This document shows positions 28,329-38,097 of a stretch of 64,000 nucleotides of DNA, piece after piece; the stretch's first letter is position 1; each line of letters starts with the position of its first letter. This DNA comes from an uncultured Clostridia bacterium (lineage in GTDB: Bacteria; Bacillota; Clostridia; TANB77; CAG-508). The stretch spans positions 22,551 to 86,550 of the forward strand of contig CALXVH010000003.1 in the NCBI GenBank assembly GCA_944391965.1, given 5' to 3'. Below the pieces are notes generated by a model, which searched no databases, was not told where the DNA came from, and was given only the letters and a program-made list of their open reading frames with translations. The position numbers were made by a program, and so were the translations under genes.

Positions 28329-28913
28329 ATGATAGTAAAAGAACCAAAATTTGAAATTTCTGCAGTTGGACCAAAACAATATCCTTCAACTAATTTTCCC
28401 GAAGTTGTATTAGTTGGAAAATCTAATGTTGGTAAATCTTCATTTATAAATACTTTAATTAATAGAAAAAAACTTGCTAAAACCAGTAGTGAACCTGGCA
28501 AAACTAGACAAATAAATTTTTATAATATTGATTCTAAATTTTATTTTGTAGATTTACCTGGTTATGGTTATAGTAAAATGTCCAAAAAAGAACAAGTAAT
28601 AGTTGGAAATTTTATAGAAGAATACTTACATAAAAGAAAACAAATTTCGCTAATAATATTTTTAGTCGATATAAGGCATAAACCAACAGAAAATGATAAA
28701 TTAATGTATAATTATATAATAAGTAGTAAAATTCCTTTTATTATTATTGCCAATAAAGCAGATAAAATAGCTGTTACCAAAGTTGATACTGCTACGCAAG
28801 AACTTCAAAAAGCCTTAAATCCAATTGGTGATATTACTACTTTACCTTTTTCTTCTGAACGAAGAATTTACACAGAAAATGTTTGGAATGAAATTGAAAA
28901 ATATATAAATTAA
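28329..28913 (+). CDS. engB: ribosome biogenesis GTPase EngB/YsxC
   Basis: G1 is GKSNVGKSS, G3 is DLPGYG and G4 is NKADK. Confidence 0.9.
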   Translation: MIVKEPKFEISAVGPKQYPSTNFPEVVLVGKSNVGKSSFINTLINRKKLAKTSSEPGKTRQINFYNIDSKFYFVDLPGYGYSKMSKKEQVIVGNFIEEYLHKRKQISLIIFLVDIRHKPTENDKLMYNYIISSKIPFIIIANKADKIAVTKVDTATQELQKALNPIGDITTLPFSSERRIYTENVWNEIEKYIN

Positions 28914-28929
28914 TTTTTATATTTAGCAC

Positions 28930-28956
28930 AAGGAACGAGACACAGTCTCGTTCCTT
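28930..28956. terminator. hairpin between convergent engB and island 5
   Basis: AAGGAACGAGA / TCTCGTTCCTT 11-bp stem followed by CCCCTTTT. Confidence 0.7.
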
Positions 28957-28962
28957 CCCCTT

Positions 28963-30009
28963 TTAGAGTTGTTTTACAGCATATCGAGTTACTCGCTTCT
29001 CTACAGTTTTCTCGATAATTTCGGCTTTTAATGCTTCTTCAATCAATGATTGAAATTCTTTAATTCCAAGCTCAGCGGCGGTCCTTAATGCTCCTTCCTC
29101 CATTGGCTCTTTGTTTTTCAATAAATTAGCATACATTCTACCAATCGGAATGATCACATATCTACCTTCTGGCGGAAGCTTTTCATCAAACTTAATAATT
29201 TCTTTTCCAGCTAGTAAGGATATTATCTTTGAAATGCGTTCCGACTCAGCATGTCCAAAAGTTGACCTTATCTTTTTTACCTCAAAATTATTTTTCCTTT
29301 TAAAGAAGATATAATTCAAGATGTCCATATTGTTTTCATCAGAAAAAGCTTTCTGCATAGCTTGGGCTTTTTCCAATAAGGTACATTCTGGTGCCACCTC
29401 TTCTGAGTCTTCAGTTTTCTTCTCAGCTTTAGTCGTTGGTTCCTCTGCAATTGTTGTAGGATGAGTTATTACTTCTTTTTTTTCTTTAGGCTCTTCCTTT
29501 TTTAGCACTTCTTCAACTACCTCTGTTGGAGAAAGCTTCTTAAAATACATTTTCTTATCATCCTTGTCAACTTTACCTTCATGATATAACTTTCCGAGAG
29601 CAGTCCTAGTAGCCTGATACTTTAATCCCAGTTTTTCAGCTATTTCCTTTATTGTAACCTTTCGTGGGGATATCTCGCATACAAAATCAAGAACTTTATC
29701 CTTAATTGTTCTAGTATCATGACTTACTTCAACGCTCTTCTCCTGTAAAGTAGCATATTTTTCTTCACTTGCTCCTGCTGAATCTTTCGGCTTCTTTCCT
29801 TTGACTATGCTTTCATTTATGAATTCTACATTTTCTGGGCTTACCAAATTTTTCTCCAGCAAAAGTTGAAATACTTCAGTTGCCACTTCCATGGTATCCT
29901 GCTCAATCGTTACTTCTCCAGTTGTTGTTAAATTTAAATTTTTTACAGAAAAGTAATGATTTAGAACAACACTTATTGCTTTTGAAGACCGCAATATGAT
30001 TTTAAACAT
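28963..30009 (-). CDS. hypothetical protein with at least two winged-helix-like modules (island 5)
   Basis: 348 aa. The wHTH-like segments are VTIKEIAEKLGLKYQATRTALGKLYHEGKV and FEVKKIRSTFGHAESERISKIISLLAGKEII, separated by an acidic/lysine-rich linker. Confidence 0.6.
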   Translation of the reverse strand: MFKIILRSSKAISVVLNHYFSVKNLNLTTTGEVTIEQDTMEVATEVFQLLLEKNLVSPENVEFINESIVKGKKPKDSAGASEEKYATLQEKSVEVSHDTRTIKDKVLDFVCEISPRKVTIKEIAEKLGLKYQATRTALGKLYHEGKVDKDDKKMYFKKLSPTEVVEEVLKKEEPKEKKEVITHPTTIAEEPTTKAEKKTEDSEEVAPECTLLEKAQAMQKAFSDENNMDILNYIFFKRKNNFEVKKIRSTFGHAESERISKIISLLAGKEIIKFDEKLPPEGRYVIIPIGRMYANLLKNKEPMEEGALRTAAELGIKEFQSLIEEALKAEIIEKTVEKRVTRYAVKQL

Positions 30010-30182
30010 TTGCTCTCCTTTCGAAACCTAGTTAACGAGTTACCAGTTTTTTTGCTGCGCATCATCCTTTCTTATAATAAAATATTATTTTAAGCAAGCC
30101 TCTACCTTTGATGTTATGTGTATTTTACCACATTTTTATCATATTTCAAGTTAATAATACTTATCTATCATCATATAAAAAA

Positions 30183-30209
30183 AGAGATTTAAGGATTCCC
30201 CCTAAATCT
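30183..30209 (-). repeat. degenerate REP-like element, locus R5, 3' of the DUF951 gene
   Basis: GAGATTTAAGGATTCCCCCTAAATCTC. Confidence 0.6.
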
Positions 30210-30384
30210 CGGTTATTTTTTTAGTTATCATTTTTAAAGCTTTTTGTCTTTCTACTAATATAAAATGTCCACATCCTTCGCATTTTAAACCGAAGTCTAC
30301 ACCAACTCTTGTTATCTTCCATAATTTACTTCCACATGGATGTGGCTTTTTTGTTCTTACTATATCCCCTACATTATATTCCAT
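30202..30384 (-). CDS. DUF951-like small protein
   Basis: 60 aa with VGDIVRTKKPHPCGS..W.I.R.G.D...C..C. Confidence 0.6.
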   Translation of the reverse strand: MEYNVGDIVRTKKPHPCGSKLWKITRVGVDFGLKCEGCGHFILVERQKALKMITKKITEI

Positions 30385-31127
30385 TATAACACCTCTGTTG
30401 CTTTTACTATTACTCTTTCTTTTGAGTCATCTGTACAAGTTATTAATGTAATATCTTTTCTACCATTTGTTAATTGGCTAACTGGTGACATATCATCATC
30501 TGTAACAGTATATTTATTATATACAGTATATTTTACAGTTCTTCCCTTTGTGTCCGTTATCTCGATAACATCACCATTTTCTAGTGTTGGAACTTTACTA
30601 AAGAATTTTTTATTTCTATAATTATGACCTGCTATACAAAAGTTTCCAACTTCGTTTGGCTCACCATACATAAATTTTGTAGGTGCTTTTTTTAATAATT
30701 CCTCTGTTGTTTCTGAAAGTATAGGATAATATATATTTATTTTTGGAATTCTAATTGTTGCTATTGGGGTATATACATGCCCATCTGATGTTACAAATTC
30801 TTCAGCTAGAACACTTTTGGTTTCTTCATCTAAATTATCAATTGCAGAATCATCATTTGTTCCTACAGTATTTACATCATTGTTAAGCATTACTACTAAT
30901 TTATCTGTAGGTTTAGTCGTTTGGTCTTCTCCAACTATATTGGCCTGTGCTAATATATCTTGTGAAACCGCTTCATCTCTGCTTTTATTATATTCTGCAT
31001 ATATATAATAAGAAGATAATACACAAACTACTACAAGCGAAATAAAAAATTCAAATTTATATACCTTCTTTTTTCGTTTTATTTCGGGTGTTATATATAA
31101 TTTTTCTGTAACCAGAATTTGATTCAT
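30384..31127 (-). CDS. sortase family transpeptidase
   Basis: It has an N-terminal TM helix, IAGHN and the catalytic TLITC. Confidence 0.85.
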   Translation of the reverse strand: MNQILVTEKLYITPEIKRKKKVYKFEFFISLVVVCVLSSYYIYAEYNKSRDEAVSQDILAQANIVGEDQTTKPTDKLVVMLNNDVNTVGTNDDSAIDNLDEETKSVLAEEFVTSDGHVYTPIATIRIPKINIYYPILSETTEELLKKAPTKFMYGEPNEVGNFCIAGHNYRNKKFFSKVPTLENGDVIEITDTKGRTVKYTVYNKYTVTDDDMSPVSQLTNGRKDITLITCTDDSKERVIVKATEVL

Positions 31128-31198
31128 GTTTACCTCCTTCTTATCATTTTTTTACAAGCTTATTATATCATTTTAATATGGCTTTGGCAATAACAAAT

Positions 31199-32053
31199 TT
31201 ATACATTAAGCTCATTAGAAAGCTCTGCAAATTGCTCTATTGTTAACTTTTCGCTTCTTATTTTTTCGTCTATATTTAATTTCTTTAATAGCTGTGTTAG
31301 CTCTTCTTTGTTTGATATTCCATTATTAGTTAATGAATTTAATAAAGTTTTTCTTCTTTGTAAAAATGCTGCTTTTATTAGTTTAAAAAATTTCTCTTCA
31401 TTTTGTACTTTTACTGGTGGTTCTTTTCTTATATTTATCTTTATTACTTCTGATGTCACAGAGGGTTCTGGAATAAAAGAACTTTTGGGCACTTCTAGTA
31501 ATTTTTCTGTTTCCCCATAATAATACACTGTATATGTTATAGCTCCTGTATTTTTTCCTCCTGGAATTTCTGCTAAACGATCTGCTACTTCTTTTTGTAT
31601 CATTACAGTTATACTTGTAATATCAATCTTACTTTCTAACAATTTCATAATTATTGGAGTAGTTATATAGTAAGGTAGATTTGCAACAATTTTTGCATTT
31701 TTTAAATTATATTTCTCTTTTGCTTCTTTTATAATTTCATTTAAATCTACTTTTAATATGTCATTATTAATTACTTCAAAGTTTTTATAAAGAAAAAATC
31801 TTTCTTCTAGTATTTTTATCATTCTTTTATCTAATTCTACACATATAACTCTTCCTGTATTTTCTAATAAATATTTTGTAAGTGTCCCAAGTCCTGGACC
31901 TATTTCGATTACTAAATCCTCTTCATTTATATTTGATTTTTCTATAGCTGTCTCTATAACATTTTCATCTACTAAGAAGTTTTGTCCAAGATTTTTATTA
32001 GCTTTAATATTATATTTATCCATTAAAAATTTTGTTTCTTCATATAAATTCAT
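31199..32053 (-). CDS. rsmA: 16S rRNA (adenine1518/1519-N6)-dimethyltransferase
   Basis: Motifs NLGQNFL and EIGPGLGTLT are present. Confidence 0.92.
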   Translation of the reverse strand: MNLYEETKFLMDKYNIKANKNLGQNFLVDENVIETAIEKSNINEEDLVIEIGPGLGTLTKYLLENTGRVICVELDKRMIKILEERFFLYKNFEVINNDILKVDLNEIIKEAKEKYNLKNAKIVANLPYYITTPIIMKLLESKIDITSITVMIQKEVADRLAEIPGGKNTGAITYTVYYYGETEKLLEVPKSSFIPEPSVTSEVIKINIRKEPPVKVQNEEKFFKLIKAAFLQRRKTLLNSLTNNGISNKEELTQLLKKLNIDEKIRSEKLTIEQFAELSNELNV

Positions 32054-32210
32054 AGTATCTCCTAACCTTTTTATCGTACTATATGTACTGTTTATACACT
32101 TTTTTATTATAGCAAGCTTAAGTTAATTATGTCAAACTCTTTTGTGAAAAATCTGTGTTTTTATTGATTTTAACATACACTTAATATACAATATATGCAG
32201 TATTTTATAA

Positions 32211-32241
32211 TAGGGATTTAAGGAACGTCCCCAAATCCCTA
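32211..32241 (-). repeat. REP-like element, locus R6, between divergent rsmA and the PBP gene
   Basis: TAGGGATTTAAGGAACGTCCCCAAATCCCTA. This is the exact reverse complement of the consensus form. Confidence 0.9.
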
Positions 32242-32276
32242 TCCAAATCCTTTTAATATAAATTTAGGTGATGCAG

Positions 32277-34592
32277 ATGAAGAAAAATAATAATAATAAA
32301 TTTAATTTACCCAAGACAAAAAAAAGTAATAATAACTTATATAAATCTGTTAATAATGAATTTTCTACTAATTTATTAGCAGTTAAAAAGTTTAGAATTG
32401 TACTAGCTTCTTTATTAATAATATTTTTACTTTTAATTGTTAGACTTATATGGTTGCAATTTGTACAAGGTGCAGATTTAAAAGAACAAGCTTATAACCA
32501 ACAAACTACAGATCAAATTATAAGTACTAGTAGGGGTACAATATACGATTCTACAGGTAAAACTTTAGCAATAAGTACACCAACAGATACTGTAACTATA
32601 AATCCTAAAAAAATAGTTGGTTCTAATGACGAAGAAACTAAAACTAAAAAAGAAAAAGTTGCTAAAGCATTTTCTGAAATTTTTGAACTAGATTATAATG
32701 AAACTTTAGAAAAAGTAAATAGTACTTCTAATGTTCAAACAATAGCAAGAAAAGTTGATAAAGATAAAATAGATAAATTAAAAGAATGGATGGAAACAGA
32801 AAAAATAAGCACTGGTATTAATATTGATGAAGATACCAAAAGAGTATATCCATATAACAATTTAGCTTCTAATTTGATAGGCTTCTGTGGAACAGACAAT
32901 ACTGGTATTCAAGGTATAGAAGATAGCTGGAACAGTGTACTTCAAGGTACTCCTGGTAAACTTACAACATCAACAGATGCTATTCAAGAGGAAATTCCAG
33001 ATAGTAATCAAACTTATATTCCTGCCGAAAATGGTAGTGATATTGTTCTAACTATAGACTATTATATTCAAACTGTATTAGAAAAATATTTGAAGCAAGC
33101 AGTGGAAGAAAACAATGCTGAAAGCGGTACTGTAGTAGCTATGGCTCCTAGTACAGGAGATATTTTAGGAATGGCTTGTTATCCAGATTACAATCTTAAT
33201 ACTCCTTTCGAGCCAAATACAGAAGAATTAAAAGCTACATGGGATACTTTAGATTCTACTGCGCAATCTGATGCATTATATAATATGTGGAAAAACAATG
33301 TAGTATCTTCACCTTATGAACCAGGTTCTCCTTATAAGTTGATAACTGCTGCAACTGCATTAGAAGAAAATATTACTAGTGAAGATGTTCCTAATGATTT
33401 TTATTGTAATGGATCAATCGAAGTAGCAGATAGAAATATTAGTTGTTGGACACAAGGCCATAAAGGTGCAAAAACTCTAAGACAAGCCCTACAAGTTTCT
33501 TGTAACCCTTCTTTAATACAATTAGGACAACGTATTGGTGCTGAAACTTTATACAAATATTACCAAGCATTTGGATTTTTTGATAAAACAGGTATAGAAT
33601 TACCTCAAGAAGCTAGTAGTACATATTGGGAATTAGAAGATGTTAAAGACGTAGAACTTGCTACAATGTCTTTTGGACAAAGATTTACTATCACACCAAT
33701 CCAATTAGTTTCTGCAGTTTCTGCAATTGCAAATGACGGTATTTTAATGAAACCAAGGATTGTAAAACAAATTATAAATCCAGAAACTGGTACTACTACA
33801 GATATTGAGCCAGTTCAAGTAAGACAAGTTATTTCTAAGTCTACTTCTGAAAGAATGAGAAATTTAATGAAATCAGTTGTAGATGACGGTTCTGGTAGAC
33901 TTGCAAAAGTTGAAGGATATTCTATCGGTGGAAAAACTGGTACATCAGAACCACAGGCAGGACGTGAAGATGAAGGTTATATTGCATCATATGTTGCAAT
34001 TGCTCCTACAGAAAAACCAGAAATATGTTTATTAATTGCTGTACATAACCCAAATCCTAATAATGAAGGTAGTCACCAAGGTGGTCAAGTTTGTGGACCT
34101 GTAGTTTCACAAATGTTATCTGAAATATTACCTTATTTAGGTTTGACTTCTAGCAATGCTCAAACTTCTACTGATACTGTAGAAGAAGATACAAGTTATG
34201 CAACAGTTCCTGATATTAGAAATAAAACAGTTACAGAAGCAGAAAAATTATTAAAGCAAGCTGGATTTACTACAAAAGTAAATATTAGTGGTGATAAAAA
34301 TTCTACTCTAGTAACAGACCAAACACCAAAGCCTGGATCTAGTATTCCAAAGAACTCTATTATAGTACTATATACAGAAGAAAATGATACAAGAGTTTCT
34401 GTAAAGGTTCCTGATTTTAAAGATAAAACTTTAGCCCAAGCAGAAAATATGGCAAAAGCAAATAATTTAAACATTACAACAGAAGGATCTGGAACAGTTA
34501 TCAGTCAAAGCATAATGGTAGACACTGCTGTTGAAGAAGGTACTATTATAAAATTAACTTTATCTACAGAAAGTGATGGAACTAACCAATAG
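32277..34592 (+). CDS. class B penicillin-binding protein with two PASTA domains (SpoVD/PBP2B-like)
   Basis: The start is probably ATG 32277, 5 nt after AGGTGA; alternatives are 32268 and 32271. It has SxxK (SPYK), SCN, KTGT and two C-terminal PASTA repeats. Confidence 0.88.
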   Translation: MKKNNNNKFNLPKTKKSNNNLYKSVNNEFSTNLLAVKKFRIVLASLLIIFLLLIVRLIWLQFVQGADLKEQAYNQQTTDQIISTSRGTIYDSTGKTLAISTPTDTVTINPKKIVGSNDEETKTKKEKVAKAFSEIFELDYNETLEKVNSTSNVQTIARKVDKDKIDKLKEWMETEKISTGINIDEDTKRVYPYNNLASNLIGFCGTDNTGIQGIEDSWNSVLQGTPGKLTTSTDAIQEEIPDSNQTYIPAENGSDIVLTIDYYIQTVLEKYLKQAVEENNAESGTVVAMAPSTGDILGMACYPDYNLNTPFEPNTEELKATWDTLDSTAQSDALYNMWKNNVVSSPYEPGSPYKLITAATALEENITSEDVPNDFYCNGSIEVADRNISCWTQGHKGAKTLRQALQVSCNPSLIQLGQRIGAETLYKYYQAFGFFDKTGIELPQEASSTYWELEDVKDVELATMSFGQRFTITPIQLVSAVSAIANDGILMKPRIVKQIINPETGTTTDIEPVQVRQVISKSTSERMRNLMKSVVDDGSGRLAKVEGYSIGGKTGTSEPQAGREDEGYIASYVAIAPTEKPEICLLIAVHNPNPNNEGSHQGGQVCGPVVSQMLSEILPYLGLTSSNAQTSTDTVEEDTSYATVPDIRNKTVTEAEKLLKQAGFTTKVNISGDKNSTLVTDQTPKPGSSIPKNSIIVLYTEENDTRVSVKVPDFKDKTLAQAENMAKANNLNITTEGSGTVISQSIMVDTAVEEGTIIKLTLSTESDGTNQ

Positions 34593-34642
34593 AAAAAAAC
34601 ATCTCATTTATATAATGAGATGTTTTTTTGTTACTATCTTCC

Positions 34643-37255
34643 CTATATTTCTTGACGTGTCTTATAATCATATACAACTTTTCCAAATTTTAATTCATTA
34701 AATTTCTTTTGAACCTCTACTATAATTATTGGTGCAATGGATATTGCTAGAGTTATTAACCATTGTGTAGAGTTTAGCTGTGTTAACTTAAATATTTCTG
34801 CTAAGCTTGGTACAAATACTATACCTAGTTGTAATACTGTTCCTAACACAAATGCCCCCAACAAATATTTATTTTCGAACAAACCTACTTTAAATATTGA
34901 CTCTTCACTTTTTACATTAAAACTGTGTATTAATTCTAGCATTCCTAAACTTATAAATGCCATGGTTCTCGCAACTTCAATTCCATAATATTTATTTCCT
35001 ATGAAAAATGCTAAAATTGTAAACATTCCAATCATAAATCCTTCTACCACAATTTTTCCCATTAATCCATCTGCAAATATACTTTTTCTAGAATCTCTTG
35101 GTGGTCTATTCATTATATTTTTTTCTGGTGGTTCTAATCCTAATGCTATGGCTGGCAAAGAATCTGTAACTAAATTTACCCATAATAATTGTATTGCAAG
35201 CAATGGAGATTTTACTCCCAGTAATAGTCCTACAAATATTGTAACTATCTCCCCTATATTAGTCGCAATTAAAAAATGTATAGCTTTTTTAATATTATCA
35301 AAAATATTTCTTCCTTGTTTTACAGCATCTACAATAGTAACAAAATTGTCATCATTTAAAATCATATCTGCAGCATTTTTAGCAACATCAGTTCCTTTAA
35401 GTCCCATTGCAATTCCTATATCTGATTTTTTTAATGCAGGTGCATCATTTACACCATCACCTGTCATTGCAACTACAGCACCAGTTTTTTGAAAAGCTTT
35501 AACAATTCTTACTTTATGCTCTGGAGTGACTCTTGCAAATACAGAATAATTCATTATATCTTTTTCTAATTTACTGTCTGGAATTTTATCTAATTCTTGC
35601 CCAGTTATTGCTAGCTCTCTTCCCTTTAGTATCTCTAAATCTTTTGCAATAGCTTTAGCAGTTGTAATATGATCTCCTGTAATCATTACAGTTTTTATAC
35701 CTGCTCTTCTACAAGCTAAAACTGCTTCTTTTACTCCTTTTCTTGGTGGATCTATCATTCCAATTAAACCTACAAAAATTAGTCCTTTTTCTAAAAAGTC
35801 TGGTTCTATTTCTTTTGGCATTATATCTACATCTAAATATGCAACCCCTAATACTCTTAATGCTTTTTCTGCCATCTTCTCATTCTTATTTTTTATCTTA
35901 CTTAAAAATGAACTATTCATATCATGTATAGTATTGTTTTCTTCATAGTAGTCACAAATACCTAATAATATTTCTGGAGCTCCTTTAGTTATAATTCTAT
36001 ATTTTCCATTTTCTAATTCATTAACTGTTGTCATTAATTTTCTATTAGAGTCAAATGGAATTTCACAAATTCGTGGTAATACTTTGTTTTGCTTTTCTTT
36101 AACTGCTTCTTTTACTATTGCTACCTCTGTAGGCTCGCCTTCTACTACTCCCTCATTTATCTCACAATTACAGCATAATGCTCCATATTCTAAAGTTTTA
36201 TTTTTATTACCTATAATCTCTACTACTTTCATATTATTTTCTGTTAGTGTTCCTGTTTTATCTGAACATATTACTTTACTACTTCCTAATGTTTCAACTG
36301 CAGGTAGCTTTCTTATTATTGCATTTCTTTTTGCCATTTTAGTAACAGCAATAGAAAGAATAATTGTCACAATCGCAGGCAAACCTTCTGGAATTGCAGC
36401 AACTGCTAAGCCTACTGATGTCATAAACATTTCTACTACTGATATTTTCTTTATAACACCTATAACAAAAATCAAAGCACAAATAACTACACATGCAATT
36501 CCAAGCACTTTACCTACTTCACTTAATTTCTTTTGAATTGGTGTTTGTGGAGCTTCATTTGTTATTATCATACTTGCAATTTTTCCAACTTCTGTATTCA
36601 TCCCAATATTCGTTACTATTCCTTCCGCATGTCCATTTACTACTGCTGTCCCCGCAAAAACCATATTACGCATATCACCTAACGAAATTTTTTTATCACT
36701 AAATATTTCATTTTCATCTTTTTCTACAGCTTCTGTTTCTCCTGTTAAGCTTGATTCTTCTACCTTTAAGTTATATGTATTTATTAATCTAATATCTGCT
36801 GGTATATAGTTTCCCGTTTCTAATATAACAATATCTCCTGGTACTATATCTTCCCCATTTACTGTAAATATTTTTCCATTTCTTCTAACCTTAGCAACTG
36901 GAGCAGACATTTTCTTTAATGCTTCTATAGATTTTTCTGCCTTAGCTTCTTGAATTAAGCCCATTATTCCATTAAAAATGACTATTGCAATAATTATTAT
37001 AGAATCAAAGTAATCTCCTGTCCCTTCTAAATAACTTACAACAGCTGAAATTATAGCCGCGATAATTAAAATTATTATCATAAAATCTTTAAATTGATTT
37101 ATAAATTTTACTAGTAAGCTTTCCTTTTTTCCCTCTTCTATCTTGTTTTTTCCAAATTCATCCTGTCTTATTAGTACATCTTTATCTCCCAAACCAGTCT
37201 TAATGTTTGTCCTTAGTTCTCTTTCTATTTCTTTAATATTTTTAGTATGCCACAT
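34643..37255 (-). CDS. P-type calcium-transporting ATPase
   Basis: Motifs DKTGTLT, MITGDH and TGDGVNDAPALK are present, with a 10-TM layout. Confidence 0.9.
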   Translation of the reverse strand: MWHTKNIKEIERELRTNIKTGLGDKDVLIRQDEFGKNKIEEGKKESLLVKFINQFKDFMIIILIIAAIISAVVSYLEGTGDYFDSIIIIAIVIFNGIMGLIQEAKAEKSIEALKKMSAPVAKVRRNGKIFTVNGEDIVPGDIVILETGNYIPADIRLINTYNLKVEESSLTGETEAVEKDENEIFSDKKISLGDMRNMVFAGTAVVNGHAEGIVTNIGMNTEVGKIASMIITNEAPQTPIQKKLSEVGKVLGIACVVICALIFVIGVIKKISVVEMFMTSVGLAVAAIPEGLPAIVTIILSIAVTKMAKRNAIIRKLPAVETLGSSKVICSDKTGTLTENNMKVVEIIGNKNKTLEYGALCCNCEINEGVVEGEPTEVAIVKEAVKEKQNKVLPRICEIPFDSNRKLMTTVNELENGKYRIITKGAPEILLGICDYYEENNTIHDMNSSFLSKIKNKNEKMAEKALRVLGVAYLDVDIMPKEIEPDFLEKGLIFVGLIGMIDPPRKGVKEAVLACRRAGIKTVMITGDHITTAKAIAKDLEILKGRELAITGQELDKIPDSKLEKDIMNYSVFARVTPEHKVRIVKAFQKTGAVVAMTGDGVNDAPALKKSDIGIAMGLKGTDVAKNAADMILNDDNFVTIVDAVKQGRNIFDNIKKAIHFLIATNIGEIVTIFVGLLLGVKSPLLAIQLLWVNLVTDSLPAIALGLEPPEKNIMNRPPRDSRKSIFADGLMGKIVVEGFMIGMFTILAFFIGNKYYGIEVARTMAFISLGMLELIHSFNVKSEESIFKVGLFENKYLLGAFVLGTVLQLGIVFVPSLAEIFKLTQLNSTQWLITLAISIAPIIIVEVQKKFNELKFGKVVYDYKTRQEI

Positions 37256-37360
37256 ATAAATCTCTCCTTTGTATAGTTTATTAATTTATATGCTTATACT
37301 ATTTTTTTATTCCTATATTACACTTATTTTTTTAGTTTACATATTATATATAGAGGTGAT

Positions 37361-37990
37361 ATGATGCTAATTACTATTATCTTACTTGCTTTATCTGTTA
37401 GTATTGACTCATTTGGAATTGGAATTACATACGGACTTAGAAAAACATCACTATCTACTCCTGCAAAATTTATATTGTTTTTTGTATCTTTACTTTTTGT
37501 AGGTATTTCTGTTGCATTTGGATACTTTCTAATTTCTATTCTTCCAACTAATGTAATAAAAATTATTAGTGTAGTTCTTTTATGTTTAATGGGTATTTTG
37601 ATTATATATGAAGCAATGAATACTAATGAAAAGAAAGAATATAAAAGTCATAAAATATTTCTAAAATCCTTAGGTATAACCATACAAATTATTAGAAATC
37701 CAATCTCCTCTGATTTAAATAACTCAAAAGTAATTGAAAAAAATGAAGCATTATACTTGGCATTGGCCCTTTCTTTAGATTCTATATGTGTTGGTATTAC
37801 AAGTTCATCATTTGGAATATATAGTTTACTATTTCCTATTCTTGTTCCTCTTTTTCAATTTATTTTTCTTAATGTAGGAATTATTCTTGGGAAGCGAATT
37901 GTGTTGTACAATACATCCTTAAAAAAATGGAATATAATATCTGGTATTTTATTAATAATTATTGGTGTTTTAAGATGCATTGGGACATAG
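37361..37990 (+). CDS. MntP/YtaF-family membrane protein
   Basis: Two internally repeated halves carry SIDSFGIG and SLDSICVG motifs. Confidence 0.65.
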   Translation: MMLITIILLALSVSIDSFGIGITYGLRKTSLSTPAKFILFFVSLLFVGISVAFGYFLISILPTNVIKIISVVLLCLMGILIIYEAMNTNEKKEYKSHKIFLKSLGITIQIIRNPISSDLNNSKVIEKNEALYLALALSLDSICVGITSSSFGIYSLLFPILVPLFQFIFLNVGIILGKRIVLYNTSLKKWNIISGILLIIIGVLRCIGT

Positions 37991-38041
37991 TGATTTTTTT
38001 AGCCAACTAGATAAAATCTAGTTGGCTATATTGTTCATACA

Positions 38042-38093
38042 AGAGGGAAAAAAGGAACGTCCCCAAATCCCTGGGAATGTCCCCATATCCCTA
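38042..38093 (-). repeat. REP-like element doublet, locus R7, 3' of smc
   Basis: AGAGGGAAAAAAGGAACGTCCCCAAATCCCT plus GGGAATGTCCCCATATCCCTA. Confidence 0.85.
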
Positions 38094-38097
38094 ATTT

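Noticed and set aside
37256-37360. yybP-ykoY (Mn) riboswitch upstream of the MntP/YtaF-like gene
   Set aside because: The 105-nt spacer is almost pure A/T and has no paired conserved segments.
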